From the NCBI RefSeq assembly GCF_036321535.1, contig NC_087436.1, positions 109,928,001 to 109,992,000 on the forward strand: a stretch of DNA of 64,000 nt, read 5' to 3'. The translations under genes were made by a program, and so were the position numbers. Under the pieces are notes generated by a model, which was not told the DNA's origin, made no database searches, and saw nothing but the letters and a program-made list of their open reading frames with translations. Below, one piece after another: positions 1 to 11,467 of the stretch (position 1 is the first letter of the stretch; every line of letters starts with the position of its first letter). The stretch comes from Camelus dromedarius. Taxonomy: Eukaryota.

Positions 1-989
1 TGATATGTGTAACTATATATGTGTGTGTGTGTGTATTCTTCTAAATATACAAATATAATTTTTTTACCTAAAGTATTGGCAAAATTTCAGACCGTGGAAA
101 CCTGAATGCCTTCATTTTAAATGAGAAAAAGGATAGCGTGTTCATAGCTTATCTAAAAGTCCAACAAACTTTCCAAGTGATTAGATACTATATCCCCTCA
201 TTTAACAATCTACAAATATCTGTATATATTAAGTGCTTAAAACATCATTACTTATTTCATTTATATCCTAAAAACTCTTTAATGAATACATTTGGGTTTA
301 GCATGTGACAATTATTTGCAATATCAGAATGAAATTGCACTTTGCTTCTGTACATTCACCTCACTAAGACCCCGACTTCATGATTGTTTTTCTACAGTTT
401 GGCCTTTCTAGGCTCCTTAAGTTTACCTACATTAGTAGATTATAAAGCAATGTGGGGAAGATGACAGAAAGCATGTCACCTTGTAGACAGCTGGATCTGA
501 AAAGAACCCTAGCCATAATCCTAAACAGAGAAGAGCAGAGATACACCTGCAGCTTGCTCCAAATCCTCCTGTCCTAATTCGTACTCAGCTCCCAAATCTC
601 CACGGGCTCCCCACAAGCATATCCCCAGAGGAGGAGTTACATTTTGGAATCAGATGTTGAGTTTTGTATAGCTACTTCCACCAATCTTTATATTCCACAC
701 ATAAAAATTCAAGGAAAAATATATTCTCTCAGAGAGAGAGAAGACAAATATATGGCATGTACACGTACATATTTTTGTATGTGTGTTGTGTATGTCTGCA
801 TCATATATGTGTATTGGTACATAGATGATAGTCTCTGTGTGTGCACCTTTATGGATATATGCATATATATACTAATGATCATAGTTCCTGTTTACAAATT
901 ATATAATGAGATAGATAAATAATAAATAAATACATAGTTTTACATCATCTCCACAAAGGAGTTCCTTTAGTCTGCTAGAAGAAGTGAGG

Positions 990-1810
990 AGTGAATGAAA
1001 ATAATCCCCTTTAAAAGCCTGCAGTTTAATTAGAGGCAAGAACATAGAAACAGACAAGTTACCTGATATGAATATGTAATTATCAGATAAAGAGATAAAT
1101 ACATACTGTGAGCCAATTAAAAGATAATGAAAGTCTTATCAAGTAATGCTCTAAGTATAGTAATAGCCATATGCACAGGGTTTTGTGACATTGTAGCCAC
1201 ACCAAAGAGTCCCTTACACAATAACTAGAGATGTAGGAGGTGTTCATGAAGGTTGCATAAGAAAGGAGATGCACCAACAAAATGGAGTGAGATGTGAAAA
1301 AAATGAAGAAAAGACACTTGTCTAACAGAAACAGCAGTCTACAGAAAGGACACAGATGAGAGAAAGCTTGGTAAACTGAGGAAAATGGAGGCAATTCAGG
1401 GTTTCTAAAAGCATAGACGATGAGGGAGGGAATGCCACATGATTAGATTGGTGAGGTTGAAAGAAGTCAGTTCATAGATTATCTTGTATTTATTTGAACA
1501 AGGTTTGACTGTGATCTGTAAATGACAGGAAATCTCTGGAGAGAAGATGATGAGTTGGGAAGACAGTGCAGTGATTTCCATGAAAAGTTGAGTTCTGAAC
1601 TAGGGTAGTGAAAGTAGGGATGTTGTTAGGAGGTTAAATTCAAGAAATACTTAGGTTTAGAATCATTAGGACATAACAAATGGGTATCTGTGATGGGAAA
1701 AGGGGAGTAGTAATGGGCTAAATTAAATCTCCCTGATTTCTAGGAGAATACTGACAATATAAGAGAAGGAATTAGCTTGGAGCAAGAATGAGTTGGTTAA
1801 AAAACTTTAG
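990..1810 (-). mobile_element. L2 LINE 3' region, highly diverged
   Basis: Purine-rich antisense-L2 motifs (e.g. 'gttctgaactagggtagtgaaagtagggatg', 'tttgactgtgatctgtaaatgacaggaaatctctggag'). Confidence 0.65.
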
Positions 1811-1914
1811 ATTCAAATAAGACATGGGTGAACAAGTTAAGACAATTCCTGGTGCCCAAAAATCCACCTTGGGAATTGAATTATTTAGCAAAGAACATCA
1901 GAAAGTCTGAGGAA

Positions 1915-2075
1915 AAAGCCCAGTTGTTTCACTCACTGGCAATATAACTATAGGCAATCCATTCAGTTTCTTTGAGTCTTACTTTAATTTTCCCTTGTAA
2001 AATGAAGCACATTTTTCTGTGCTCTTGTAAAGATCAAATGAGATCATTTCTATGAAACTACTCTCTAAACTCTAT
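1915..2075 (+). mobile_element. MIR SINE
   Basis: MIR core-like 'ttctttgagtctt...cttgtaaaatgaag...tgtaaagatcaaatgagatcat'. Confidence 0.65.
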
Positions 2076-2250
2076 GTTTTTCCAACAGTAAAGCCATATC
2101 ATCATTAAACTAACCATGGCTCTGACAAAGCTACATCTCATACTAACAAAGTTAGTCAATTGATGGATCCACAGGACCTTTAGAATATTTTTAGAAGGTT
2201 AGAAGGTAGGGATGACCCTAAAGATATACCAAGATAAACGCAAAGTAAAA

Positions 2251-3110
2251 TAGTGGTAATGAAGATGGAATTTAATTGATAAGCTTACTTTGGGAATACA
2301 AAGATATTCTGATGGACCAACATGTGTTCTACATGCATGTAGACCTGGGTCTATTGCAAAACATAGTCAAAGGACACTGGGACTCATGATTAGGGACTGA
2401 GATGTAGAAATTAAGATCTTAAAACAAAGGAAAGGTTCCAAGGCTTATAGCTGATATTAAGAGGTAACAGATGCCATGGGTAAGGCAGATATTTATAAAG
2501 TACTTTCATATGTCTGGTAATGACAGGGTTGCTGAGTTGTTCCTGGAAAACCAATTTACTGTTTTAAAAATGGAAGACTTTTGATTGTAAGCTGTCATTT
2601 ATGGTTCTCTGAGACTGTCGAAGGAAAACATCTCAAACTTCTTGAGAGAAGAGCCTATAAAGCACAGAAAGATCTTGTATATCCTTTGGGAAATGAACAG
2701 AAGGTTAGACATTGGTGGAGAGAGAAATCTTCATTCCAGGCAAGAAATGGAAATCGTGGTAGAAAGAGTGAGCCAGTTAGTGGCAGCAGTGAACGGCGTA
2801 AAGAACAAGAACTGCATTTTAAAGCCATTCAACAGCAGAAGAAAGAGCACCAGACACACGAGACTAAGAAAATTACAAGGAACGGAATAGTGAGGCTTGA
2901 GGGCCGTGAGAGTGAAGAGGGCTCGGTATTCCAATGGCTTTAGGAAGTGCGGGCTAGGGTAAAGCTACACAGAGTAAAATTATAACCCACACATTTGACT
3001 GCACCTTCCAGAATTCTTAATAAAGTGTTTCTATACCACGTGTATTTATAATTGTTTGTGGATTGATACGTTCCAGATGGGTGGAGAGGCCTCTATTTAT
3101 TTTGAAGGCA
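2251..3110 (+). mobile_element. Unclassified putative solo-LTR-like element
   Basis: TATAAA at 2656, purine-rich middle, AATAAA at 3019 followed by GT-rich tract, ends ...CA near 3110; family not recognised. Confidence 0.3.
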
Positions 3111-3649
3111 CATGACACAAAGATGACTAGATAAACTGTGAGATCTTCTAATCTTGATGAACTGAGAGAACTGAGAAATGTCTCCAAGAGGCTGCTGGAT
3201 TTATGGACCTCAGTTGAGCCATTCAAAACAATGTTGTAGTCATTTCGTTCTAAGTCTCGAAGGAATTAATATGGTCTGAAAGAACAAACATCTATTTGGC
3301 ATATAATATCTACAATATTGGCACTAATAGTGACTTAGAAGAGATTATTTTTCCCCACTGTACATTTATTCCCCTCCTCCTCTCATCACAATTCATTATT
3401 ATCTCCCACCCATTGAGAAATGGGAATGCTCCTTGCTAGCAATGTGGCCCTTGCATTCAGCCTGTCTAGTGCATCTAGACCTCCACAAATGTGTCCAGTC
3501 AGTTAGAGATCTTTATCTATGCTCAGATGGAAGGAAACATCAGTCCATAGTGCAACAAATTAAAGGGAAATTAAATGATAATCAGTGACATCATGGAAGA
3601 AAACTATCTTGAATTAAACTTGCAATTCATTTATCAAAATCATACTTCA

Positions 3650-4720
3650 TGTTCCACAGGTAATGAAAATAAAACTAATATATAATTGTTTTGATAAATT
3701 CAAGAGCTTCTCATAAAATTCAGTGATTTTTTTCCAATAAAATCTATTTATATTATAATAAGAATATACAAATATTTCCTTTACATTATTAAAGAATAAA
3801 AATGTCTTAAATCAAGGACCAAAACGTTACCTAATGGCAACAAAAACTAGAAATGTATTAATCAGTAAAATAAAAGAATAAAAGGAAGACCATAATCAAC
3901 ATTATTTAAAATTGGTTGAATTGCTTTACATTGCAATTAAAGAGAAAAAAAAAACAGTGTAATGCATTTGAATACAGGAATTTAAACCACAGTTTTATGC
4001 AATGTTAGTAATTTTTCACCAGGAGTAATAAATAATAGTAGTGTTCAGAAATTTCTCAAAAATATATTTTCTTTGTTATAAGTTGATAACAGTTTTATAT
4101 TTAATAAAAAATCAGATATCAGATGTGTAATAGAAAGGGCAAATAAAAATACTAAGAACTAACTTCACAAAATGTGAACAATATGAAATTATACTACCTT
4201 AATCAACATAAATATTAGGCAAATAAATGGAGAGATAATGTTCTTGAACAAGAAGACAATATAATAAAAATGATATATCACCTCAAAATAATTTATATAT
4301 TTAACAAAATTGAAAAATATTTCATTATTTTTAATGAGTTTTGATAAATTGATTTTAAGCTCATTTGGGCCTACAAATATAGTAGAAAAATTCAGAAAGC
4401 AGTTAAGAAACAAGGTACAAAAAAGAGATTTGCCTAAGTTACAAAAACATGATATAAAGTGACAAATGATACTGCTAGCAGGAGAAATATGCACTTAGCT
4501 TTATGGGATCTATAAACTTTTATTAGAGTAAAATTAAGTTTCTATATCATACCATACTTAAAAATAAATTCTGGATTAAAAATTTTTTTTTTGGTAATTC
4601 AATAATGTACTAAAACTGTAGGAGGTTATTTGTACAGTTTTGGTTAATCCTTCAGACGATAATATCAAGGAGCTTTATGTTTTGAAAATCTGTATGAAAA
4701 ATACTATTAACGCTATTAGC
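3650..4720 (+). mobile_element. Ancient L1 (L1ME-like) ORF2 remnant
   Basis: A-rich strand with L1 ORF2 motifs 'aaataaatggagagata..tgttcttga', 'gataaattgattttaagctcatttgg', 'aaaataaattctggattaaa'. Confidence 0.6.
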
Positions 4721-4824
4721 AGAGTTATAAAGCAGAAATGTAATGTTTACTTGAAACATGTGTTTTGATAAATTTTTTTGAAGTTTAATGAGGCTTTTGG
4801 TAGCACAACCACTGTCTATCTCTA

Positions 4825-4910
4825 CTTCCTCATCTGCAGAGTGAGGCTCATAACCGTGCCTAACTCCTAGGGCTGCTGTGAGGAAGCATGAAGTGTCTAG
4901 CGTGTTCTTA
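4825..4910 (+). mobile_element. MIR fragment
   Basis: 'cctcatctgcagagtgagg...cctaactcctagggctgctgtgagga'. Confidence 0.6.
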
Positions 4911-4984
4911 GGACAGTCTGTTTCCCATATTTACAGTAAATGAAATACTGGTATTGTTTCCTTTTTATATTTTCTCACTCTTTA

Positions 4985-6200
4985 CTAAAAACTTCTAACT
5001 TCTCCTTCTGTTCCTTCAGTCTTCTCCTGAGTTCTTTGAACCTTCTTACACTCATTACCTCAACCTTATTGGGTAAATGGCTTATCTCCACTTCCCTTAG
5101 TTCTTCTAAGGTTTTATCTTGTTCTTTGCCTTGGAACATGTTCCTCTGACAACTCTTTTTGCCTAATTTGCTGTTTTTATTTCCTTGTATTTGATAGACT
5201 GGTTATATTTCCTAACGTTGGAGAAGTGACATTTTGTAGGAGACATCCCATGTGCCCCAGCAACACACTCCCCCCTGGTTGGCAGAGCTTACCGGTGGGT
5301 GAAGCTGGTCCCTGGTCTACTGTCTGTCCACTGATGGGTGGAGAAAGTTCCCAATGTCTCTGGCGACAAAGCCCAGGTGGTCCCAGGGCTAGTATCATTG
5401 CACTGGTGTGTGGGGCCAGGTCCTAGACTCTCTGGTGGACAGGCTTGGGTCCCAGAATGGCTGGGGCACAGAGGGTCCCAAAGTAGCATGCCTCCTGTCC
5501 CTGCCCAGCTTGTTCTTGGTCTGAGGTGTCCCAGCACTGGTTTCACAGGCTGGTGTTGGGGCTGAGTCCCAGTGCTAATAAGCTGAAGGGACAATTTCAA
5601 AACGGCACTTGCCAGTACCAGTGTCCTCGAGGTAGCGCGAGCTCCCCAACATGGCTGCCACCACTGTCTGACCCTGGGTGAGCTCCAGTTGCCTACTGCC
5701 TGTCCTGGAGGCTCTCCAGGATCATCAGGTGGATCTGATTTAGGCTTCTTTCAAACCACTGCTTCTTCTCTGGGTTCTGGAACATGGGAAATTTTTTGCC
5801 CACTAGTTCAGAGCAGGGCCTCTATTTCTCATAGCCCTCTGGCTCTCCAAAAAGCAAGTTTCACTGGCATTCAAAGTCAAAATTCTGGAGACTTGTATTC
5901 CTGGTGCGGGACCCTTACGTGAGGCTTGGACTGCCTACTCCCTGGGGAGATCCTTTGCAATTGTAGTCATTCTCCTGTTTGTGGGTTACACTTCTGGGGG
6001 TATGGGTCTTGACTATACAGCATCTCCACCCCTCCTACCTGCCTCATTGTCCTTTCTTCTTTATATCTTTAGTTGTAAAAGATATTTTCTGCTAGTCTTC
6101 CAGGCTTTTTCATTAATAATTACTCTGTAAATAGTTCTAAATTTGGTGTGCCTGTGGGAGGAGGTGAGCTCGGGGTCTCCTTACTCTGCCATGTTGCCCT
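4985..6200 (-). mobile_element. L1 5' UTR plus start of ORF1 (Laurasiatherian-type L1), isolated 5' fragment
   Basis: Reverse complement starts 'caacatggcagagtaaggagaccccgagctcacctcctcccacaggcacacc', typical L1 5' end; GC-rich UTR, then ORF1-like A-rich sequence towards 4985. Confidence 0.8.
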
Positions 6201-6384
6201 TTCCCTGTATTTGTACATATTATTTAAGAGATATATATATACTTGTTAGCTGCTTTGTCTGTTTTTACAAGTGATATAAATGAAGAAATAAACTTATGTA
6301 AAAAATGTATGCAAATAATAAGTGCCTATTTGATGCCACACAGGCTTTATATATACTTATACATGCTTAAAAAAAAATCTCAGA

Positions 6385-6500
6385 TCTATAGTATTATACC
6401 AGTTTATCAGATGAGGGTACAGGATCCTCCTCCCAGATATTAAACAGCTTGCCCAAGGTGACAGGAGCAGATGACTTGGGTGCATGTGATTCCAAAAGGT
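6385..6500 (-). mobile_element. MIR fragment
   Basis: 'tttatcagatgaggg...cttgcccaaggtgacag'. Confidence 0.6.
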
Positions 6501-7097
6501 CTGCCTTATTGTGATGATTCTAAATTGCCCAACTCCTCACTAGATATTTGAATTCATTATGTTTGAAGATCAGTAATGGTTATAACCTCATTTGATGATA
6601 AATAAGAGTGATCAGTTACCTTTGAACATGTTATGTTGGATTTCTCTTTAGCCCATGCTATATTTTGCCTTTAAATTAAAGCCTGTTAACATCACATGAA
6701 GCCCATCATTAGCTCTTCACAAAACTGAAGATTTGGGGGCATCCTAATATGGCATCCCTAGTGCTTTGATCATTAAGTTTCAAAGTCATGCCTACTTTTC
6801 CTCTGATTGCATGGCATGTAGCCCTTAGGAGCTTTTATTTTTTGTCCTTATGCAAATAAATGCCTGGAAAAGGAAAGCAAATCAAAGATGAAAGTCTGTT
6901 TATACGAATGCCAAAACAACTTGTTTATCCTTGTTCGTATCACTCCTCTTTTAAATCTTCACGAATAGAAACAATGACAGGGGATAGGAGAAATTTAAAC
7001 AGACTATCAGAAATAACAGGCAGAGAGATGGCTCTGCAGACTCCAGCTTGCATAAAATCTTAGGAAGTCTAACACTTTGTTAATCTAAACCAAATTA

Positions 7098-7315
7098 ATA
7101 GCAAGCATTCACTGAGCCTACAAATGTCAGGCATTTCACTGAACATTATATACATTATCTCATTAAGTCTTTTTTACAACAACAGTTTGAAGCCGCTTCT
7201 ATTATTATAGTGTCTAACAAGTGAGGAAAGAGAGTGATAAACCATTACTTGTCCAAAATAATGCAGCTAGCAAATGGCATGGTCAGAACTTGAGCACAGA
7301 CATATCTGAATCTAT
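7098..7315 (-). mobile_element. MIR SINE
   Basis: 'atagcaagcattcactgagcctac..tgtcaggca...cattatctcatt...gtgaggaaa...cagctagcaaatggca'. Confidence 0.75.
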
Positions 7316-7460
7316 GTCATTGCAACATCCAACTCATCTGTACTTTGGGAGATGTCTTACTGGTACTCTTATAAATAACCCAGAGGAAATATTACTATCT
7401 CAGGATGAAGTAAATTAATCAATAGGCTTACCACCTCTACTTTCCCAATTAAAAAAAAAT

Positions 7461-7592
7461 TATTTATTATGTTTTTGGCAGAGGGGAGGTGATTAGATTT
7501 TATTATTTATTTTTGGAGGAAGTACTGGGATTAAACTCAGGACCTTGTGTATGCTAAGCATGCACTCTACCACTTGAGCTATACCTTTCCCC
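7461..7592 (-). mobile_element. Camelid tRNA-derived SINE (Vic-1-like)
   Basis: Reverse complement 'ggggaaaggtatagctcaagtggtagagtgcatgcttagcatacacaaggtcctgagtttaatcccagtac...aatctaatcacctcccc' with A/B boxes and AT-rich tail; possible decayed TSD actttcccaatt/acttttctaatt. Confidence 0.85.
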
Positions 7593-7904
7593 AACTTTTC
7601 TAATTTTTATTTCAAATTTTCAATCATCCTAGAGTGTTCAGTTTTACCCTGTTCCTCTCTCTCATTTCATTTCTTTCCCAAAGCACATAATTAAATTTAT
7701 GAGTTCTGCAATCATAGATTTATAAATCCATAGAGAGCAGAATTTCTTCAGATCCTTGATATGCCAGTTGAAATTAAAAGTTATCCTCATACGAAATAGC
7801 AAGTTATTTAAAAATAATTATTAATTAAACAGAGATAATTTCTCATTTACTTGGAGTTGTTAATTTTTAAATATTAAATATACACATAATCGTGTGTTCA
7901 CTAC

Positions 7905-8470
7905 AGTGGCTTTGGTGGGTCCTTGATTCTTTCCTCATCATCCAGTTGATTCTGTGTACATTGTGTAGCTGCTCTGGTGTTGGGTGGGATTGACTGCACT
8001 CTCAAATCTAGGACTTGACCATCACTGGTCTCAAACAATGAATGTAACCCCATCCAGGTTTCCAGTGATCAGCTCAGGTTTCTTAAGATAATTAGCAACC
8101 TTCATGCCTCTTGCCATAATAATCTGTTCAGAGGTGATTCAAGCAGTAGAAGACTGAAGGCTTTTATTGGGTGGTTTTAGAAATATATATTATTTCTACA
8201 TCTCTACTTCTATCTCTTTCTGAAAACCCTCAGCACTGATTGCTGCTGTCAACCATCCTACAAACATTAAGAAAAATATTACCTTGGGCAACTAAGTAAA
8301 GAGGGAGAAAGATGCTGGATTCTTGATGACATCCCTAAGCCATTGTACCTCCAATTATACAGGCTGCCCTACTTCCAGAGTCCCATTTTGTGGAACTGAT
8401 ACATTTCTTAATGTGTTTGTTAGTTTAAGGCAGACTTTTCACTTATATTCAACTGCAAGTATCTAAGCTT
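7905..8470 (+). mobile_element. MaLR LTR (old MLT1 family)
   Basis: MLT1-type 3' part 'ttcttgatgacatc...gccctacttccaga...gatacatttctt...cttatattcaactgcaagtatctaa'. Confidence 0.6.
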
Positions 8471-8534
8471 ATTCTTGCCTTTATCAGGTTGCAATATTTG
8501 CCCACAAGTTTTGTTGCAAGTTAAATCTAAAAAC

Positions 8535-8720
8535 AATGTAGCCAGGTTACCTGGGTTCCAGATTCCTACTCTAACACTAACCAGGAATGATACATTGGGT
8601 ATCTTATTTAAATATGATAAATGGAAATATTAATATTACCTATGTCACCAATTTGTTGAGAAGATTAAATAATGTAATAAAATTAGAATATCTAGAATAG
8701 TGCCTGAAACAAAGTATTAT
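8535..8720 (+). mobile_element. MIR SINE
   Basis: 'cctgggttccagattcctactct...aaatggaaatattaatattacctat...ttgttgagaagattaaataatg...agaatagtgcctga'. Confidence 0.7.
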
Positions 8721-9661
8721 GTAAGACTATCATGTAAGTATTATGAGAGTAAGAAAGTATTATATTAGAGTAAATATTATGTTGTTATTACTGTAAAAGC
8801 CCAGGATACCACCCATCACTGGATAACTATTTCCAAACTATTCTCCTCAGAGCACCACTTCTTGGAGTTGCTATAGATACTGTATCTATGGAAAGGGTGT
8901 TCAAAGGGCAAACAAGTTTGAGAAATAATGCATACTTTTCTAAATAAAGATTCATAATACATACTAGTTTCTTAAAGACTATAAGGATTTCATAAAGAAA
9001 CACATTTAAATTTAATGACATATTTTTCACCACATAACCCTTTATTGGAAGAATTGCCTATTATTTTCTTGTGGAGCTCACAGATTTAAGTAATGTTATC
9101 CTACTGGATGGTGGTCACTTCACTGCAGATAATGAGATGGTATCAAAACCTAGTTTCTTCTTCAATTAGTATCATGTAAAGATGCACTTAGCAAGAGTAT
9201 TTGGTACAGTAATTTCCAAGTTGATTGGGTCAATTACAGAGTTCTTTATTCTTGGAAAGCTGGGAAAAGTAGAATAGCCTCTCTCTCACCCATAAACGCC
9301 CATGCATAAAAATTCTGTTTTGAAATTGCCTGTAATTGGAGTTGTGATCATAAGACATTTTGGAGAAGAATCAAGAGTTGAAAGTAATTGACTGGCAATC
9401 TCAACATCTTTAAAGGCTTAGCATGGTCGTGTCAGCTATGGAATCAGCACGACATCAAAGAGTTATCAAAATCCACCATAAAATTGCATGTCAAAATTTA
9501 ATTGGATGATGTGTTCTATTGTTTTAGTCAATTCTGCCTTTATGGATATTTATGTCATTTCTATGTTTTGTCATAAGAAGTATATTTTATACGTGATCCT
9601 TAAAGATGGATAGGTTAATATAAGGCATGTGAAAGAATTTTTGTAATGTATTTTATTTTTC

Positions 9662-10040
9662 ATTTTTTTTAATGAAATATAGTTGATTTATACTATTGTG
9701 TTAGTTTTAGGTATACAGCAAAGTGATTCAGTTATATACATGTTTAGTTTCTGGTGTACAGCACAATGTCTCAGTCATGCATATACATACATATATTCAT
9801 TTTCATATTCTTTTTCATCAAGGGTTATTACAAGGTATTGAATATAGTTTCCTATATATACAGAAAAAATTTGTTTTTATGTATTTTTATATGTAGCAAA
9901 TGTTAACTACTATATATATTTTTTTCCCAGATTCCTTTCCATTATAGGTTATTACAAAATATTAAGTATAGTTCCCTGTGCTGTACAGTGAATTCTTGTT
10001 GTGTATTTATTTTATATATATACCAGTGTGTATCTTAATT
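9662..10040 (-). mobile_element. Two nested artiodactyl/camelid L1 3'-end fragments
   Basis: Outer 'gaaatatagttgattta...agcaaagtgattcagttata' resumes at ~9911 'ttcccagattcctttccattataggttattacaa'; inner ~9742-9910 'tttctggtgtacagcacaatgtctcagtcatgcatatacatac'. Confidence 0.8.
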
Positions 10041-10080
10041 TATTCTCCACCATTCCTTGAAATATTTTTTAAAACATACC

Positions 10081-10476
10081 TATATGACTTTCCTAGGCTG
10101 TAACACATTACCACAACTTGGTGCCTTAAAATAACAGAAATTTATTCTCTGGAGGCTAGGAGTTCAAAATCAAAGTGTCAGCAGAGCCCTGCTTTTCTGA
10201 AGTCTCTAGAAAAGAATGCTTCCTTGTCTCTTCCAACTTCTGGTTGTCCCAGGTGTTCCTTGACTCTGCTTGCTTAACTCTAATCTCTGCTTTATCTTCA
10301 CATGGCCTTCTTATCTCTGTATCACTCCATGGAACACCTTAAGTCCAGGATTATTTGATCCCAGTAGCCTTAACTAATTATATCTTCAAACAATCTGTTT
10401 CTCTATAGAAATAAATAAGGTTGCATTAAGTGAGGAGGAAAAGATCAATATTTAAGCCACTATAAAACCTACTAAC
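10081..10476 (-). mobile_element. MaLR LTR (MLT1A-C-like)
   Basis: 'ctgtaacacattaccacaacttggtgccttaaaataacagaaatttattctc..ggaggctaggagttcaaaatcaaagtgtcagcagag'. Confidence 0.85.
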
Positions 10477-11467
10477 ATATCTGCCATTGATTTATAATAT
10501 TTAGAGATGCCATATAATTTAACCAGTTAGGATTCATATACATATATATACAGTCTTATATACAGCTAAGATGGACATTGGTAGATAAAAAGGTAGGAAT
10601 TCAAACTGACCTTTACAGTGTGGAAGAATGCAGAACATGTTTAAGCACATGAGCACTTGATAAGATCAGGGACCTATAATACAGGTAATTTTGATAAATT
10701 CTAAATATACTTCACATATGTAACACTACAGTTCAAGTGTAGTAAAAGGAAGAAGAATGTCTTGAGAACAACTTGCAATTTACAGATACTGACCTTTCAA
10801 GAGACCAAAAAGTGCAACAATGAGCTAGAAGAAGAATGACAATGATTGGGACTACATTTGAAAACTCAGGGCACTTAGCAACCTAACCACCTATTCTCTT
10901 CTCCCCCTTTAACCCAAAGATGCACAACAAGTTCACTTCACTCAATATATTTCAATGCAGAACATTTGTTAGAATGTTGTGAGTCCAAAAACGCCATAGT
11001 CAGTCATGACACACATGAAGCTGAGAAATACTAAGTAAATTAATGCAATCTGCACAATCCCAATGGCAGTCCAGAAAATAGACAATCTTCAAAAGTCCAC
11101 ATGCTCTTCTTAGCTGAGAATACTGCTCTTTATTTTTATTAGAATAAAAACTGCTTTTTATTAAACAAGTTATAAACAAATATAAACTGACTTTTATTCT
11201 AAAAACATGGTCTATGTTCATAAATACATGTAGCATTAACCAAAACTTGAAGGTGCTGAAAGAGGAAGCTTATTTCTAATATATTAAATATTATATTGAG
11301 ATTAAAGTATCAAGCAGAGGCCAAATGTTAGGCAACAAAGACTGAGTGGTCTTACAGCAAACATTTGGAGTCCTCTACATACGGGAGACCACCGTGTTCA
11401 TGCTCAGAGTGCCAAGTGCTCTAACCCACTGCATATAATTTGAATTTTGTATGAATCTATATGGAAG

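Noticed and set aside
644..922. 92-aa hydrophobic ORF
   Set aside because: Arises from TA/TG low-complexity sequence and has a non-ATG start.
5177..5922. Several overlapping Gly/Pro-rich ORFs
   Set aside because: Stop-poor GC-rich L1 5' UTR; no recognisable protein.
7520..7592. tRNA-like sequence on the minus strand
   Set aside because: Head of a tRNA-derived SINE with a diverged B box and a SINE tail; not a functional tRNA gene.
11377..11432. Weak tRNA A-box-like motif on the minus strand
   Set aside because: No B box or cloverleaf; too short to call.
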